Part shown: positions 11,835 to 25,522 of the stretch, one piece after another
Numbering within the stretch: position 1 is the first letter of the stretch
Layout: every line of letters begins with the position of its first letter
The notes under the pieces: model-generated
Told to the model about the DNA's origin: nothing
Database searches by the model: none
What the model saw: the letters and a program-made list of their open reading frames with translations, nothing else
Translations under genes and position numbers: made by a program
Assembly: GCF_032062105.1 (NCBI RefSeq)
Contig: NW_026925128.1
Coordinates: 186,001 to 250,000 of the forward strand
Source of the DNA: Saccostrea cucullata
Lineage: Eukaryota
Direction: 5' to 3'
Length of the DNA stretch: 64,000 nt

Positions 11835-14800
11835 TCAAAATTAGGATTAACGTCTAATTTGAACTAAATACAAACCAATATTTCAAATCAAAATTAAGAG
11901 GGAAAAAGATGAAATTTTTTTTTGTCTTTGATTTCGTGTTACAATGTAAGGTCAGATGACACTTTGTAACTTTGAGAGCATTTTGATTGGGGGTTGTCCC
12001 GGTTGTGTCTGAAAGCTGGATACTTGTCCGAGCATTACAAAAATATTAAAATCCACAATTCTTCATTTTTTATTTCAAATGTTCCATTAAATTAAAAACT
12101 TAAATAAATCAATCCCAAGGGAAATATAAATATATAGATGTTACGATAGAAATTATGATACATTTTTGGCTGTCGATAGAGATCGCTAGAACTCTTATCC
12201 AATATAATATAGTTTTACCGTGTTATTTTTAACCCCAAAAAATTATAATAAAAATAAAAAATATGACGAAAAATTTGTTCAGAAACGATAGAATTAAACC
12301 AAGAGATCTAAGCTCTATTAAAAAAAATAGCAATTAAAGCAACCGGGTAAAAAGAATTTTTCATTCACAACTTTTTAAAATTAGTTTATTAAACGTTACA
12401 AAAAAATGTCACTGAATTCTAAAATCAAAGTGTGTCTGACTATGCAATTTATTATGTAGTGAATCGTATCATGTAGGGAGGAACAGTCTCTCGTTTTTAA
12501 TGAAATTTGGATTATCCAATTTTATTTTTTATTTAAATTTATTTTACAAATATATTTCATTATAAGAAATAGATCATTCTCTAGGCATTTAAAAAAAAAC
12601 AACGCATGTTTTTGATACTTGTTGATAGTGAAATTGTTAAATAACCTTCTTGTTTAATATAAGTAGTTTCTTTAAGTTGAAGGTAATATTATTGCAAAAT
12701 TTTATCGATTTATCCAATTTAAATTCAGATCAATGAGCATTGCTGTTAAAGTCAAATTTAACGGAAAATTCGATTTCCCTAAAATAAAAAGTCAATTATG
12801 CGTGTATCCTTTATTGAGAGCGTATACTTTAACTCTATTTGAACATTTCAAGAACTTCAACTTGTCCTGCACAGTATTGAAATTAAAGCATGGATAAAAA
12901 TGATTTCAAAGAAAGACTTCATTTTTAATTTGATTTTCATTCTAATTCAATTCAAAATAATTTCAATATTTCCGATTGAAAGGTGGATATCCATAGGTAA
13001 GAAAATGGAGAATTTTTAAAATAGACATATAAAAATGTTAATGCATAAGATTGCAGTCGCAATAAACGGGAAAAAAATCGCCTTTCCTCCTCATTTATTA
13101 CAACTTTGTTTCTAACGATTGAAGAAAATGGTAGTGAAGAACAATTATTCGTAATTGATCAGAGTTTGTTCCTTTATCGATGCCACTCAATTTCCTATAT
13201 TTTTTTCTCTTCCCTAATTTGACATGCTCGTGAATAAATCAATGCATCGGCCAAAAATCTCTTGGCTGTAGCGATGCACTGAGAATCAGAACAATGGTAG
13301 GCATTATCATTTCAACAAAAATTAAGCTGGCGTGAAATGAGTTGTTAAAAGGTTGTCAATTTTATGCCATTTAGCCTTCCCTAAGTATGCTCCCTTCCAT
13401 TGCTTTCCACAAACAAAATCGGTGATCCGTAATTAATAGACTCTTTACCGTCGTCGGTTTCATTCTTTACAATCGCCTTCCTGTCAAGTACTTCCATTAA
13501 TTGAAGAACTCTGGATGAGCTATTGTTAAGCAGAATTATACCACTTACTTCTTGTAAATATTTTTTTTTCTAGATACCCTTATAAATTCTCAAGTATTTA
13601 TCAATATTTTGTAGCAACTTTGAAGGCCCTTTTTACGCTTTGATTTCTATCAAGTGTATATATATGATTAATATGTGCATCGTTTAAAGATAAAATGCTT
13701 ATACATTTAAAAATTAAATGTCAATTTAAGTGAAGCTCCTTGGTGGAAATACACTTCTAACAAACTATAGATTTTATAAACATGATTCCTCAATTTAATA
13801 ATAAGTATATTTTATGCAACTTAAAATCAGACGGTATAAAATACTTAAGTTATTTGAAACGATTTTGTAAAATTTATGAAATACCATAATACCAATATAA
13901 CTGATATATCTTGTTCAGCTACCCACACATTATTTTTTTTCTAAAGAATTCTTAAAATTGGATTTGTTAAGAAAATGTATGTGGAAGTTAAGTTCTCTGT
14001 TGTCATATTGCTATTTTTCTGAGGTCAATATCACACTATCTTTTGACCAAACTGTCCGAATTTATATATCATTTTATGGAAGCGTTTCAAAATGTTATTT
14101 CTGAAGCTGCTAACAAAATTAATTATCTTAAAGATTATTTGATTTTTTGGGGAAAATCCAGCAAAAAAAAAAATTAATCAAAAATTACATAAACGTTTTA
14201 ACGTTTGTACTTTCTGCAAATGTTAAAGGGGGTCAAAGTTTTTGAACACTATGCATCGCCACCACAAATTTTAAAAAATGGTTTAAACATTAAATAAAGA
14301 AAACTTTAATTACGAAAAAAAAACCCATCAATCTAACTGCATTTGACTTTTCAAATAACTAATAATATTTGTTTCTGTATTACTCTTCTGATATTAATGC
14401 CCATTAATTCTGATTTTTGTAAATAATATTTTTCCTACACAATCGTTATTTTTTTCTAAACTTTGCTAAAATTGTAAATGTATCATTTTTACATAACTGC
14501 TGAATAAAGATTCAGATGCAAAAAAGCTATATATAGCCGCATGCAAGTGTTACATTATATTATGGTCAGTTAAAATGCTTTAAAGGAGATTATAAAATTC
14601 AATTTGAAATTGCAAATGCATTGTAAATTATACGGCGCTTTTATTGTTATTCCATGATTCCTCGAGCACCACATGTATACAGTAGTTACGTGAAATTCTG
14701 ACGTTTTGTCTTAAACTTCAGCTTACATAAGAATAAGGAAGATTTTCCAGAATAATTTTTAAATTTCCGTATGCTATATAACACTGTTGAATTACTTGGG

Positions 14801-16736
14801 TTTGTAAGTGGTCGTATTGAAAAATCACAACTTTAAAAAAAGCAAGTGTTAATAAATAAAATAACCTGTTATTATTGATCATAAGATTCTATAATTTTGC
14901 AGTGCAATACTCTGAATACTTCTTGTACAATGTATATGTGTAAACTCAAGTGCACAATGAACGTTAACACAGTGTTTAATGGTTATAAGTTCCACCAATC
15001 TTATCATAAAAAAATGTGTGTGTGTCATGTAAAAGTTTTGAGGGTAAACGAGTACAATTTTAGCTAATGTAGAGTTCATCATATTTTCGAAAAATAAATA
15101 AATCACACTTAATTAAATCTGCTGTTTCCAAAATGACACATAAATTTATTAAACATGTATACAATTTAAAATACTGAGTATTTTAAATATTCTATACTGT
15201 GGTATAGTTTAAAATGCACTCTACTCTGAACTCCATGATCATATTCTTATCTAAGTGTCCCTTCTCTGCAGTTAAATTCACATTATTCCGTCCCGCTCAA
15301 AAACACTTAAAAATTGATATTAAATGCCTAAAACTCTAACCCTTTTGATCATATAAATATCTACGTTAGGAACGCGTGCTACCGTTGCGGGAGATCTCAA
15401 TTATCTCTTGTTAAATTTTCACATGTGAGAACTCGGGTGATTTTAGTGTTACGTCATCAAAGTCTACCGGCGACAGTCGTGTCATGTATGCTTGGGTGAA
15501 ATTGAGGATTTCCAGTAAAAAAAGGTAAAGTGTTAAAATAAAACACAGCTTTGAAAGCTTAGCAGATTATCTTATATCATTACTTAGGGTTTAACACCTT
15601 ATTTTATTGGCGCCATCAATTTGCAATTTTTTTTTATCTTCTAGGTTTTTTTCCTCATATTTCTCTAAATAAAATATAAAGTAGACTTATAAAATTGATA
15701 GTTTATATGTTGTAAATGTTAATGATTGCTGTTGAAAGAACTTACGAGTTTTCTATTGTAATAGTGAGTTGAATTTCAAAAATTACTTTTGATTAAAAAA
15801 GAAAGAAAGAAATTAATTGATAAAATGAAGATATTTTCTTTTCATCACAACCGGATTTTCTTTTAGAAATGAGAAAATTTTCTCAGTGTCTTTTATTTAA
15901 CAATTGAAATATAGTGTCTTGTACTTGTAGTTATTTTCAAATGAAAAATCGGCCATTACGAGCGAGAATGATCTATAGTTTTTGTTATTGATTTTCAGGA
16001 GAAGAAAAAAAAAACATAAAGAAAACAACATTCATAATGCAAAATAAAATTAGAGATTAAAATTAATTCAAAAAGCTTACGCGACATGTATTTGAAAAAA
16101 TATTTATTTTATCAAAACATTTTTTTTTAGGTAATACGAGTTCACTGAATGTTATTTTTCAGCTATACATGAAAGTTTATATATATAAGAACATATGATA
16201 TAAACAAAAAATATGATACCTGGATTGATATATATTTCTGGGCCAATTTTTGTTTCGAAAGATACAAGTAATAAATTTCCAAAATATCAAGAAATTGTGA
16301 ACAATTTTTGATGTTCATAATCCTACCTTTCTGCAACCATCCTTATTAATCTATACAATTTTTATTTCACTTCAAATCCAATTATTGTTAAACTTTGAAT
16401 GAAAAACCAAAAACTACGCGATTAAACTTGTTCATTTTACTAATGACTAAAAGTGTTCTTTTCTATTTTTTGACAAAAATTTGCTTGTATCATCCGTCCT
16501 TGACTTTAAAAACTATTTCCAACACGTATACACTTTATTTAAAAAACTATGCAATTTAGAATAAAATTAAAAATACTAATTTGTTTGTTCATTTCTTAGT
16601 TAAGATAATAATATCTCAGCTAATCAAACCTAATACTAATTGATATTTTTCAAAGATTTTTTCAAAATTTAATTTTTTGATAAATATATTTAATATATAG
16701 ATAAAGTTCAGATAAGTACTTTAAATTAATACTTAC

Positions 16737-17046
16737 GAGAAACTTTTTCTTGATGAAGCTGCTGTAGAAATTGGTGACCGGCGGTATACCACTGGTACCA
16801 AGCCGGGAGGGACGAGAGGGGGGACCCGGGAAAACCATTTGATCCCCCCTCCGGCCTCATGGAGAATAATTTGCTGACTTCCAGGGAAGGGAAGCCGATC
16901 TTGGACACGACCGCCGGCTTGTCGCTGTCTTTGTTTTCCGCTTTTTCCTTCTCGTCTGCTTCTCTGGCTAGGATGCGGCTGATTGAGAAAGATTTTCCAT
17001 TCTGTAGGGCATTTGTGGAACTGGAACCCTTTTCTTCACTTGCCAT
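16737..17046 (-). CDS. Hmx: Hmx exon 1 (ATG at 17046; eh1/TN Groucho-binding motif)
   Basis: MASEEKG...SFSISRILA (eh1 motif) and a PAWYQWY motif; donor C|GTAAGT at 16736 (phase 1). Spliced CDS is 310+641=951 nt = 316 aa with no stops; intron 4924 bp. Confidence 0.9.
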
Positions 17047-17249
17047 TTTCAAAAAAAAAAATGTTTGTCCTCTCTGATTAAGTTCTGCGAGATCACCAAA
17101 ATTTTCTGTTAAATTTCTTTACTCTCAGTTCACATTTAAAATGTGTATAAATTGTCAATGGATGCTTAACACTCTTTGACTTTACCGAATGTAATTTGAA
17201 TATTTGCCGACGCTCTAAAAATTAGATCAATTTCTTGTCTAATTGCTGC

Positions 17250-18350
17250 TTTTACAATGCGAAAAATAGAATCCAACATAGGATTTCAGGCAACAATCTG
17301 TTTTTGAAAAAGATAAAGTCCTTAATGTTGACTTACAATTGTTCGCTCAATACTATATGTAAAGTGATTCAACAATGGCGCCCCGCCTATCTCATTAAGA
17401 ATAAAGCAGCATCGCTTTTCTTTGACTGTCATTGGTTCAAAAATTGATCCGATAATTACAGCTCTGAGGAGTTGACAAAATATCCCATCGCTGCTAGTAG
17501 CATTTTACCGTGAGTGTTTTATTGCGGATGGAAAATGCATTTTTCCAAATGAAGCAAGATGGAGGGAGCTAAATTAGGGGCCACTAAATAAAAATACTAC
17601 AAAGGAGTCCTATCGTTCGAAGATTTGTATCGTTTAAATTCTATTCATTCGGAACTCCTCCCACTTAATCACGTATTTGATAGATATCTGCGGAACGATA
17701 AATTCTAAAGATTATGGAGAGGAGACGTAGAAATTTCTACTCTCTCCAATCCAAGAGTCGAGAAATATTTCCACCTGCCGAAAATTAGATACAAACACTC
17801 GTATCAACTCCTTTAGAAAGACAAAGACAGTTTTAAGACACCCCGCCGTACAGCGATCAGCGCCAGAATCGTCCAAACGATTATTTTGGCTCATGTGTTT
17901 TAGAAAATTACAACATGTATAAATACGATATCTGTAAGAGAAATCTGCGCCAACCCCCCTGGAGCCCTGAGGGCGTGTTCTATCACAGTGTTTATCAGCA
18001 CCGCGTGCTCTATTGTCCAAAAAAGTTCGACGCCTTTGTCCGAGGGCTTTTAACGTCCGCGCGGCTCCGGGCTCCTGCGGTTGGGGACAGACTCTGACAA
18101 ATTCGCGATGAAAATATCAACTGATTCGTTAAATTGATTACAAATTAGTTTAAAGCACTCGATTTGTAGGCCCCTTATCAAGATCGCCTTCCTCTAAAGT
18201 GTAATTAGGTGCTTTTCAATCGACGGAAATAAATGACCACGCAGTGTATGAAATGTAATTGGCCGCAGTGAAGTGGACAGTTTGAGCAATAAAGAGGATT
18301 TTATCGTTGTTGACTATTCTCGGATATTCTTACATTGTAATTACCGCCAT
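17250..18350 (-). promoter_or_regulatory. Putative Hmx promoter/proximal regulatory region
   Basis: Unique, CpG-richer sequence directly upstream of the start codon, with ATTGG (CCAAT), several TAATTA/TAATTG sites and CCACTTAA at 17661. Confidence 0.5.
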
Positions 18351-19412
18351 TTTTTTTCAAACATTTTGAAAATACGGCGAAAACTGGCATTTAAAAAATG
18401 TGAATTTCATTTCTAATTTTTCTTTATAGAATAGCCAAACAAGACAATTCATTACTTCATTTTTACGAATTAAAGACAATTTATATTTTTTTAAGATTGA
18501 AGTTTAACCCCCCCCTCTCTCTCTCTTTTAAATACAAAAAAGGTTTTAAAAGATTTTATTCACATGTAATTATTTTTTAACATAAGCAAAACAAGAGAAT
18601 TACTTCATTTTCACGAATTAAAGAAAATATCAAGGATTTGCGCATTTTTTTTAACGTATCTCTCTCTTATTTTTATTATTTTAATAGTGCAGATGTCGAA
18701 TCCCCCATTTTTTATTTTAATTTATATATAAAAGATATAATTCAGATAATACAGTATATCCTAATTCCGTATATTTCATGTGATTTAGGACTTAAAACAT
18801 GTCAGTAAAAGAGCACCAGAAAAAAGGTATCCTGATACTTAATAAAACCCTAAAAGTTTCAAAGATTATTCCTCCAAGCTCATAAGAGGACATTTAGACG
18901 ATATATTTTCCAAATTGCAATAATGTTTTAGGTATACACTCAATTTTCAAGTCATTTTAGTAAATGTATTGTTTTTTTATTAAATGCCTTTGTATGCCCC
19001 GGAATCGAAGATTCGGAGTTATATAGATTTTATAGTTTAAGATGTATTTTATTCATAAGCATACGATATGAATATGGACTGAAAAACAGGCAAATATCAG
19101 GCCTATATTAGTTCTCTCCATTTGAGACCAAGGTAAAAATGTAAAAATTGTCTACATTTGAAGTTTTACAAAGACATGTATTATAAATTGATTTTAAAGG
19201 GTTACAAAGTATAAAATTGAAGAAAAATGAAGGGGGGAAAAGAAAGAAAAAAGTTTTTGCCTTACATGTCCGCAAAAACTTTAAAATTTGCTCATAATTT
19301 GGAGTGGGTGAAGCTTTGGCTTTCATATTTCACAGATTTGTTCCTTGTAACAACTTTTCTCAGGGTACCACCAAATTTGACCACTTGAACCTGACCTTGA
19401 AGTCTGATCCTC

Positions 19413-20575
19413 TTTTTAGCTCTACTGGTCAGAGACCAGAGCTTATGCGAGAGTAATGCGTCCGTCGTCCGTCCGTTTGTCTGTCTGTCTGTCTGTAAAC
19501 AATTTTTCAAAATGCTACCCCTCCTACAGTTTGGTCTGATTTCAATATAACTTGGCACACAAGTAGACTACAATAAGATACATAATTCTGTATAACGGTT
19601 TTTGATTTCGATGAACGGTGTTGCCGTGGTTACTAAAAACAGAAATTTCTGTGAAATACTTTTAAAATGCTACTCCGTTTTGGTCTGATTTCAATATAAC
19701 TTGGCACACAAGTAGACTACACTAAGATACATGATTCTGTATATTGGTTTTTGATTTCGATGAACTGTGTTGCCGTGGTTGCTAAAAATAGAAATTTCTG
19801 TGAAATACTTTTAAAATGCTACTGCTCCTACAGTTTTGGTCTGATTTCAAAATAACTTGACATACAAGTAGACTACACTTCAATACATAATTCTTTGTAT
19901 CAGTTTTTGATTTCAATGAACGGTGTTGCCGTGGTTACTAAAATACATGTAGATATTTCTGTGAAATACTTTTAAAATGCTACTCCTCCTACAGTTTTGG
20001 TCAAATTTCAATCTAACTTGGCACACAAGTAGACTACACTAAGATACATGATTTTGATTATCGGGTTTTGATTTCGATGAACGGTGTTGCCGTGGTTACT
20101 AAAAATAGAAATTTCTGTGAAATACTTTTAAAATGCTACTTCTCCTACAGTTTTAGTCTGATTTCAATCTAACTTGGCACACAAGTAGACTACAATAAGA
20201 TACATGATTCTGTGTATCTGTTTTTGATGAACGTTGTTGCCGAGGTTACTAAAAATAGAAATTTCTGTGAAATACATTTAAAATGCTACTCCTCCTGGAC
20301 TACACTGAGATAGATAATTATAAGTTTTGTGTTTTTGATTTTGATGATCGATGTAGCCATCATGGTAACTAAAATTAAAAATTCTGTTTAGTTTTATTAT
20401 AAGCTATTCCTACAGTTGTAGTCTTATTGCAATCTGGCTACAAAGAGAGACTTAATCAAGGATCATTATTCTATTTGTTGCTTTTGTAAAGTTTTTAGTC
20501 CAAACTGCTACTTTTCTCTTCCTTTATTATAAGTACAAACCAGTAGAGCTACAGTCTCGACAGAGACTTCTGGTT
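19413..20575 (+). mobile_element. HINE/Helentron non-autonomous element with ~156 bp tandem array
   Basis: Subterminal inverted repeat AGCTCTACTGG (19418) / CCAGTAGAGCT (20540), (GTCC/GTCT)n tract, units marked by AAGTAGACTAC at 19561, 19710, 19866, 20027, 20183, and 3' hairpin AGTCTC-GACA-GAGACT. Confidence 0.85.
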
Positions 20576-21721
20576 ACAAAAGTACTTCCAAAATTTAACA
20601 TCGGCTTCAACTTTTGAACAGTTAGTGCAAGGTCTTTCATTCTTCTCACGTGTATTCATAGATACAGTTCTTTCAATGGGTTTTAGTACTTTTTGACCTT
20701 GACGTTTGAGTTTGACCCACCAAAAAACTTTTACCTTGGTCATAACTTTAATTTGAACAGTTAGAACCGAGGCTTTCATATTTCAAAGGTCTATTTCCTG
20801 AGACAAGACCTTCCTTTGGATAGCACAATTTTCACCCTTTGACACCGACCTTGTGTTTTACTTGCATTTTAGAAACTTCAACCCGCGCTATAAATCTGTC
20901 ATACGGGGAGACCAGTTTTCCAAAAACATATCTTGTTTTCCTACAATAACGTTTTTTTTCCTACGAATACATGGGACCCGTGTCACAAAGCTGACTTTGG
21001 ACCAAGTTAGATCTCAGGAAAAGACTTTCCTCCATTCATTACTAATTCGTATAAATTACCTCGTCTTATCTTAGGACATTCCAAAGTTATGTCATAATTT
21101 TAAGACAGTTAAATTGATGGCTTAAGAAGAAGAAACTAAGTATTGCGGCTGCACATGTAATGATAAATGTTTGCTTAAGTCAATGTCTTTCCTTAAATGC
21201 CAATACTAACCGAAACTGACATACTATTTTTGATGACATGAAGTCGATGAAGTAAGTTCAAGGCAAGCAAATCACAAGTCGTTGGGGAGGTCTAGACTGT
21301 GACATTACATGCAAAGTTGTCTAAAAAGTGCAATGTTTTTTTGCAACACAAATCAAAACAGAAATATAAATATATGAAATAAAATATATTTTTAAGTTTC
21401 TTTGGGATAACACACGAAGTTGGCCATTCGAGAGCTTTAAGATTTGATAACGTGACCAACTTTACGTCATAAATGAAACTCAGTGTTCAAAAGTTATGTC
21501 CAAGATTAAAATTTTACAAAGGTAGGTTAAACCTAAAGGTAAAGGTAAATGACCAAAGTTGTCTAAGATAATGGTTCAAAAGTCAAATTCATTGCTACTG
21601 AAAATAAAGGTCTTGCCACAAGAAATACACCTGTGAAGTATGAAAGCCATTTCACCACCCGTTCAAGAGTTATGCCCAAAGTTAATATTTGTGAAAGACA
21701 ATTCATTGCGTTGTCACAAGA

Positions 21722-22528
21722 GTACACCGCTCCTTTTTTAAGCAGAACTCTTTTGTATTGATGTGAAGCAGAATTTGTTTAAAATCTTAAACATGAGAAG
21801 AAAGAAACATTTCCTTTAGCCTTCAACTCGACATCTGGATATATCGACGACGTATTATCAATTAACAATAGTTAATACGTCGACAATATATCCCAATGAG
21901 CTTGAAATATAAAAATTACTACATACCAGTCTGACACATCCGTCACATATTTTACCAGAAAAGACGTCAATCGTATTCTGAAAACAAAGGATTATGAAAA
22001 ACCTGATGACTTGAAATTTTCAATCGTCAAATACCCTTTCTTATGCACGAATATACACTTATCATTTGCAAATGGGGATTATATCTTTCTGTTGATTCGG
22101 TGCGCTCAAGTACACATGTATGCTCTGCGTATGACCAATTTCTAAAACGAGGTTAGGTTTATACAAAAAGTTGAAGAAACAAGAATATCAACAATCTCGT
22201 TTTAAGTCATCATTTCGTAATTTCTCTTGTCGGTACAATGATCTTGTAAGCTAATGCAATCAATCATTAAGTCAAATACTTACTGACGTTTTTCATACTA
22301 GCTGTTGGGTCATTATTCACACACAAAATTGTCGACGGATTTTCCCGTTATTTCCTGATCATGTCAAGGATCACACAGCGGGTGTGACCGGCTGGCAGAG
22401 GATATTCACTCCTTCATGGCACCGGATTCCGCGTCTGATTTGTTGAGGTCCGTGTTTGCTCTGCCCTGATTTGTATTGTTTGAATGGACTTTCGATTTTG
22501 AATACTGTTCATTATTGACTTTCATACA
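21722..22528 (+). mobile_element. Naiad fragment (RT motif C to 3' end)
   Basis: Intact YIDD codons at 21840-21851; colinear with 3850-4656; multiple frameshifts. Confidence 0.8.
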
Positions 22529-22665
22529 CATGAAATATAAATACTTTAGATCTTGTCAGCCAGAAGTGATTGCCAAGGTCAAATACATTGCGTACAAACA
22601 GACAAACATTTGAACAGACAGAATGTCAGAGCAAAGGTAGAAGGAACAGTTGCTGAACTGATTCA

Positions 22666-23683
22666 CACAGGTGTCCTATTGCTATCTGTATTCGTCCGTC
22701 GTTCATCGTTTTCAAACTTCTCTGAAACCTCTGAACCAATTTTAGGCCAGTTTTAGGTCACCCGGGTCACCCAGGTGTCCTATTGCTATCTGTTTTCGTC
22801 CGTCGTTCATCGTTTGTTAACATTTGGACATTTCCGATTTCTTCTGCGAAACCTCTCAACCAATTTTAGGCCAGTTTTAGGTCTCCTGAGTCACTCAGGT
22901 GACCTGTTGCTATCTGTTTTCGTCCGTCGTTCATCATCCGCTAACATTTGAACATTTCCAAGTTGTTCTTTGAAATCCCTCAACCAATTTTATGTCAATT
23001 TTAGCTAACCTGAGTCACCCTGGTGACCTATTGAATCTCCTCTGCTGAATATTAAACTATTGAATTATGAACGTAGTTATGACGAGCAAGGGTGCCTCTT
23101 CCAACACTGTGAATTTCATGGCCCTTGAATTAGGGGATCTGATAATAGGGTTGGGCTCTACTGATCGTTTGGTGAAAAGCATTAATGCTTTCAAAATCTT
23201 CTCTTAGATTCCTGGGTAGCATGCCGACAATCTAATTACTTAGTATTGATGAGAAAATATGCCTCATCAAGAATAGTAAATTTCATGGCTTCTGGGTCAG
23301 GGTTACTGTATATATGTGTGTGTGAGGGGTACGCTTATGATTATATACTGAAATAGAATTAATGCTTTGAAATCTGCCCTTTGGTATTAATAGTTATGAT
23401 GAGCAGTGGTACCTTTTAAATTTTTAAATGTGTGATCCCAGAGTCAGGAGTTCCTGCGTGTTGGGGCAATGCTGATTATATAGTGGAAGTGCATTTTTTT
23501 CTTTGTTCCTCAGCTCTGCTGCTGGGTATGTAGTAATCAAAGTAAGCATGCTATGTGTATAGTTATGATGAACAATGGTGCCTTTTAAACATTGTGAATT
23601 TCATGGCCTCTGGTTCAAAACAATTCGTGGAAAGTTGTTGCATGATACTCTGGTAACCTATATGGCCCATCAGCCACTTGTTT
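22666..23683 (+). mobile_element. Degenerate HINE with reiterated 5' ends
   Basis: CAGGTGTCCTATTGCTATCTG..TTCGTCCGTCG repeated near 22668, 22771 and 22896; diverged internal units with GTGAATTTCATGGC; 3' CTCTGGTAACCTA plus TGGC..GCCA hairpin. Confidence 0.65.
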
Positions 23684-25522
23684 ATCTACTTAGGTCATGC
23701 TATCTCGGGGTTCGAAATCAAGACCATCATCAGCAATCTCTTTCACTCCAAAGCTAACTGATATAGAACCAGTAGATATAGGCAGTAAAATTAAAAGGAG
23801 ACAGAAAGAAAACCTCCGATACTTTATACTGAGCAAGAAATTAAAGCAGAGGTAGAATAAGTCGAAAGATAATTTTAAAAATACAGATAGCGTTTGCAGA
23901 GGGGAAGGGAAAGTCAACAAGAAAGATTTGTCAAAGTTAAATCATACTTCTGTTCATATCCTTTCAATGTGGAGGTTTACCCTTACCTTCCACCCTTTTC
24001 CTTTTCAAGTTTACGCTTTAATTGCTTGAAATAACCCGACTTGTATTGTTAATTATAGCATTCATATTGACAGTATGCCGAGAATTAATAGGTAGAGTGG
24101 AGGGGTATTTCATTAGTCCATAATACAACTTACGAAATGTCCTAGAAATAATTTAATCTAAGATTGTTGTGTAAAACAGCTCTGACAATCTAAGGAACTT
24201 TCCTAATATCAACAGAGACATTTTTTTTGTCTGAGCACACGTTTGTAAAACAGTTCCCAGTCCCCCTCTTTCATTTATAGCTATAGCCAACTTATCTGTG
24301 AAATATGATTGCTGGTGTCCATTGGGTATACAATATGATTTGATAATTCTGGAAATTCATTTTCATGCAAGAATTTATTGTGGGAAAAGGGTGGTTTTCA
24401 GACAAAAAAAAAAAACGGTTTTCTGAACTCCTCAATGTAGCCAAGTCTTCTTTAAAATGTGGTGGATAATCTATAGATGTTAACTAAGGTTTCTTAATTT
24501 TCATTTTAATAGTAGAGGCGAATTGGAGAGAAAAAAAGACCGTCCTTCCAGAATTCATCTTTCATTTCTATTAGTTAGCAAAACTTTTTAAGCAATGACT
24601 GATAATGTCCTGTGAGCAGGAAGTTCCTGTAATTTTCTTTTTAATCAAAAAGGCATGTTGGGAGATCTCTGCAGATCTAGTTTAAACTAATTTATACTTC
24701 ATTAAATTCTTTCTAGTCAGTCTAGTTCAATAACATTAATGCATAATGTACTGGACACAACTTTTATTTGAGTTATGAAACTACGTATTTGTTTTATATA
24801 CGTATTTTTCGGCCACCATTCCTCGGATTGCCCCAAGGTGAAAAGTTAATCCCAAAACGTACATGATATCACCTATATTGTATTTAAAAAGAGGACTTGG
24901 CTACTGCTTGAGTTAAAAATTAATTTGAGGAAGAAAACAGAGTGACAGAAGGACGGGTGAACCAGGATAACAACATTTACATGGTATATATGCTTAAAAA
25001 CAATGGATTATGGACGGATACATTTTAATACATTTGAACAATCAAATAATGTATTTTTAAAAACTTTATTAGTCTTGATTGAAAAAGTGGATCAAAAGTG
25101 CAAGTAGAAATTAAAAAAAAGTCAAAATTGGCCCACAATAAAAAGTCATAATTTATTAAATAAATCAAAACAATTACAAAAAAATGAAAAAAAAAAAAAT
25201 CAAAATCCTTCACATTAGAGCATCTGTCAAATCATAATTAAAATTCAAAAGTGTCATGAAATAAAAAAAAGATTGCCATCATGATTTAAACACAAACAGT
25301 ACACTGTACGTGTACCTTCTAAATATATTTTGTTGTAATGTTTCAATATCATTGTCAACTTGAAAACATTATAGAACAGTGTTTTGCAAAGTAACAAACA
25401 AAATCATAAGCAGCTGCTAACACAAGAAATGTTTTATATACGTGAAAAAAATCCCAACACCTATATAGAAATAAGGAGTATGCTAGTAGATGAAAATAAG
25501 AATAACAGATGAAGGAAAGAGT

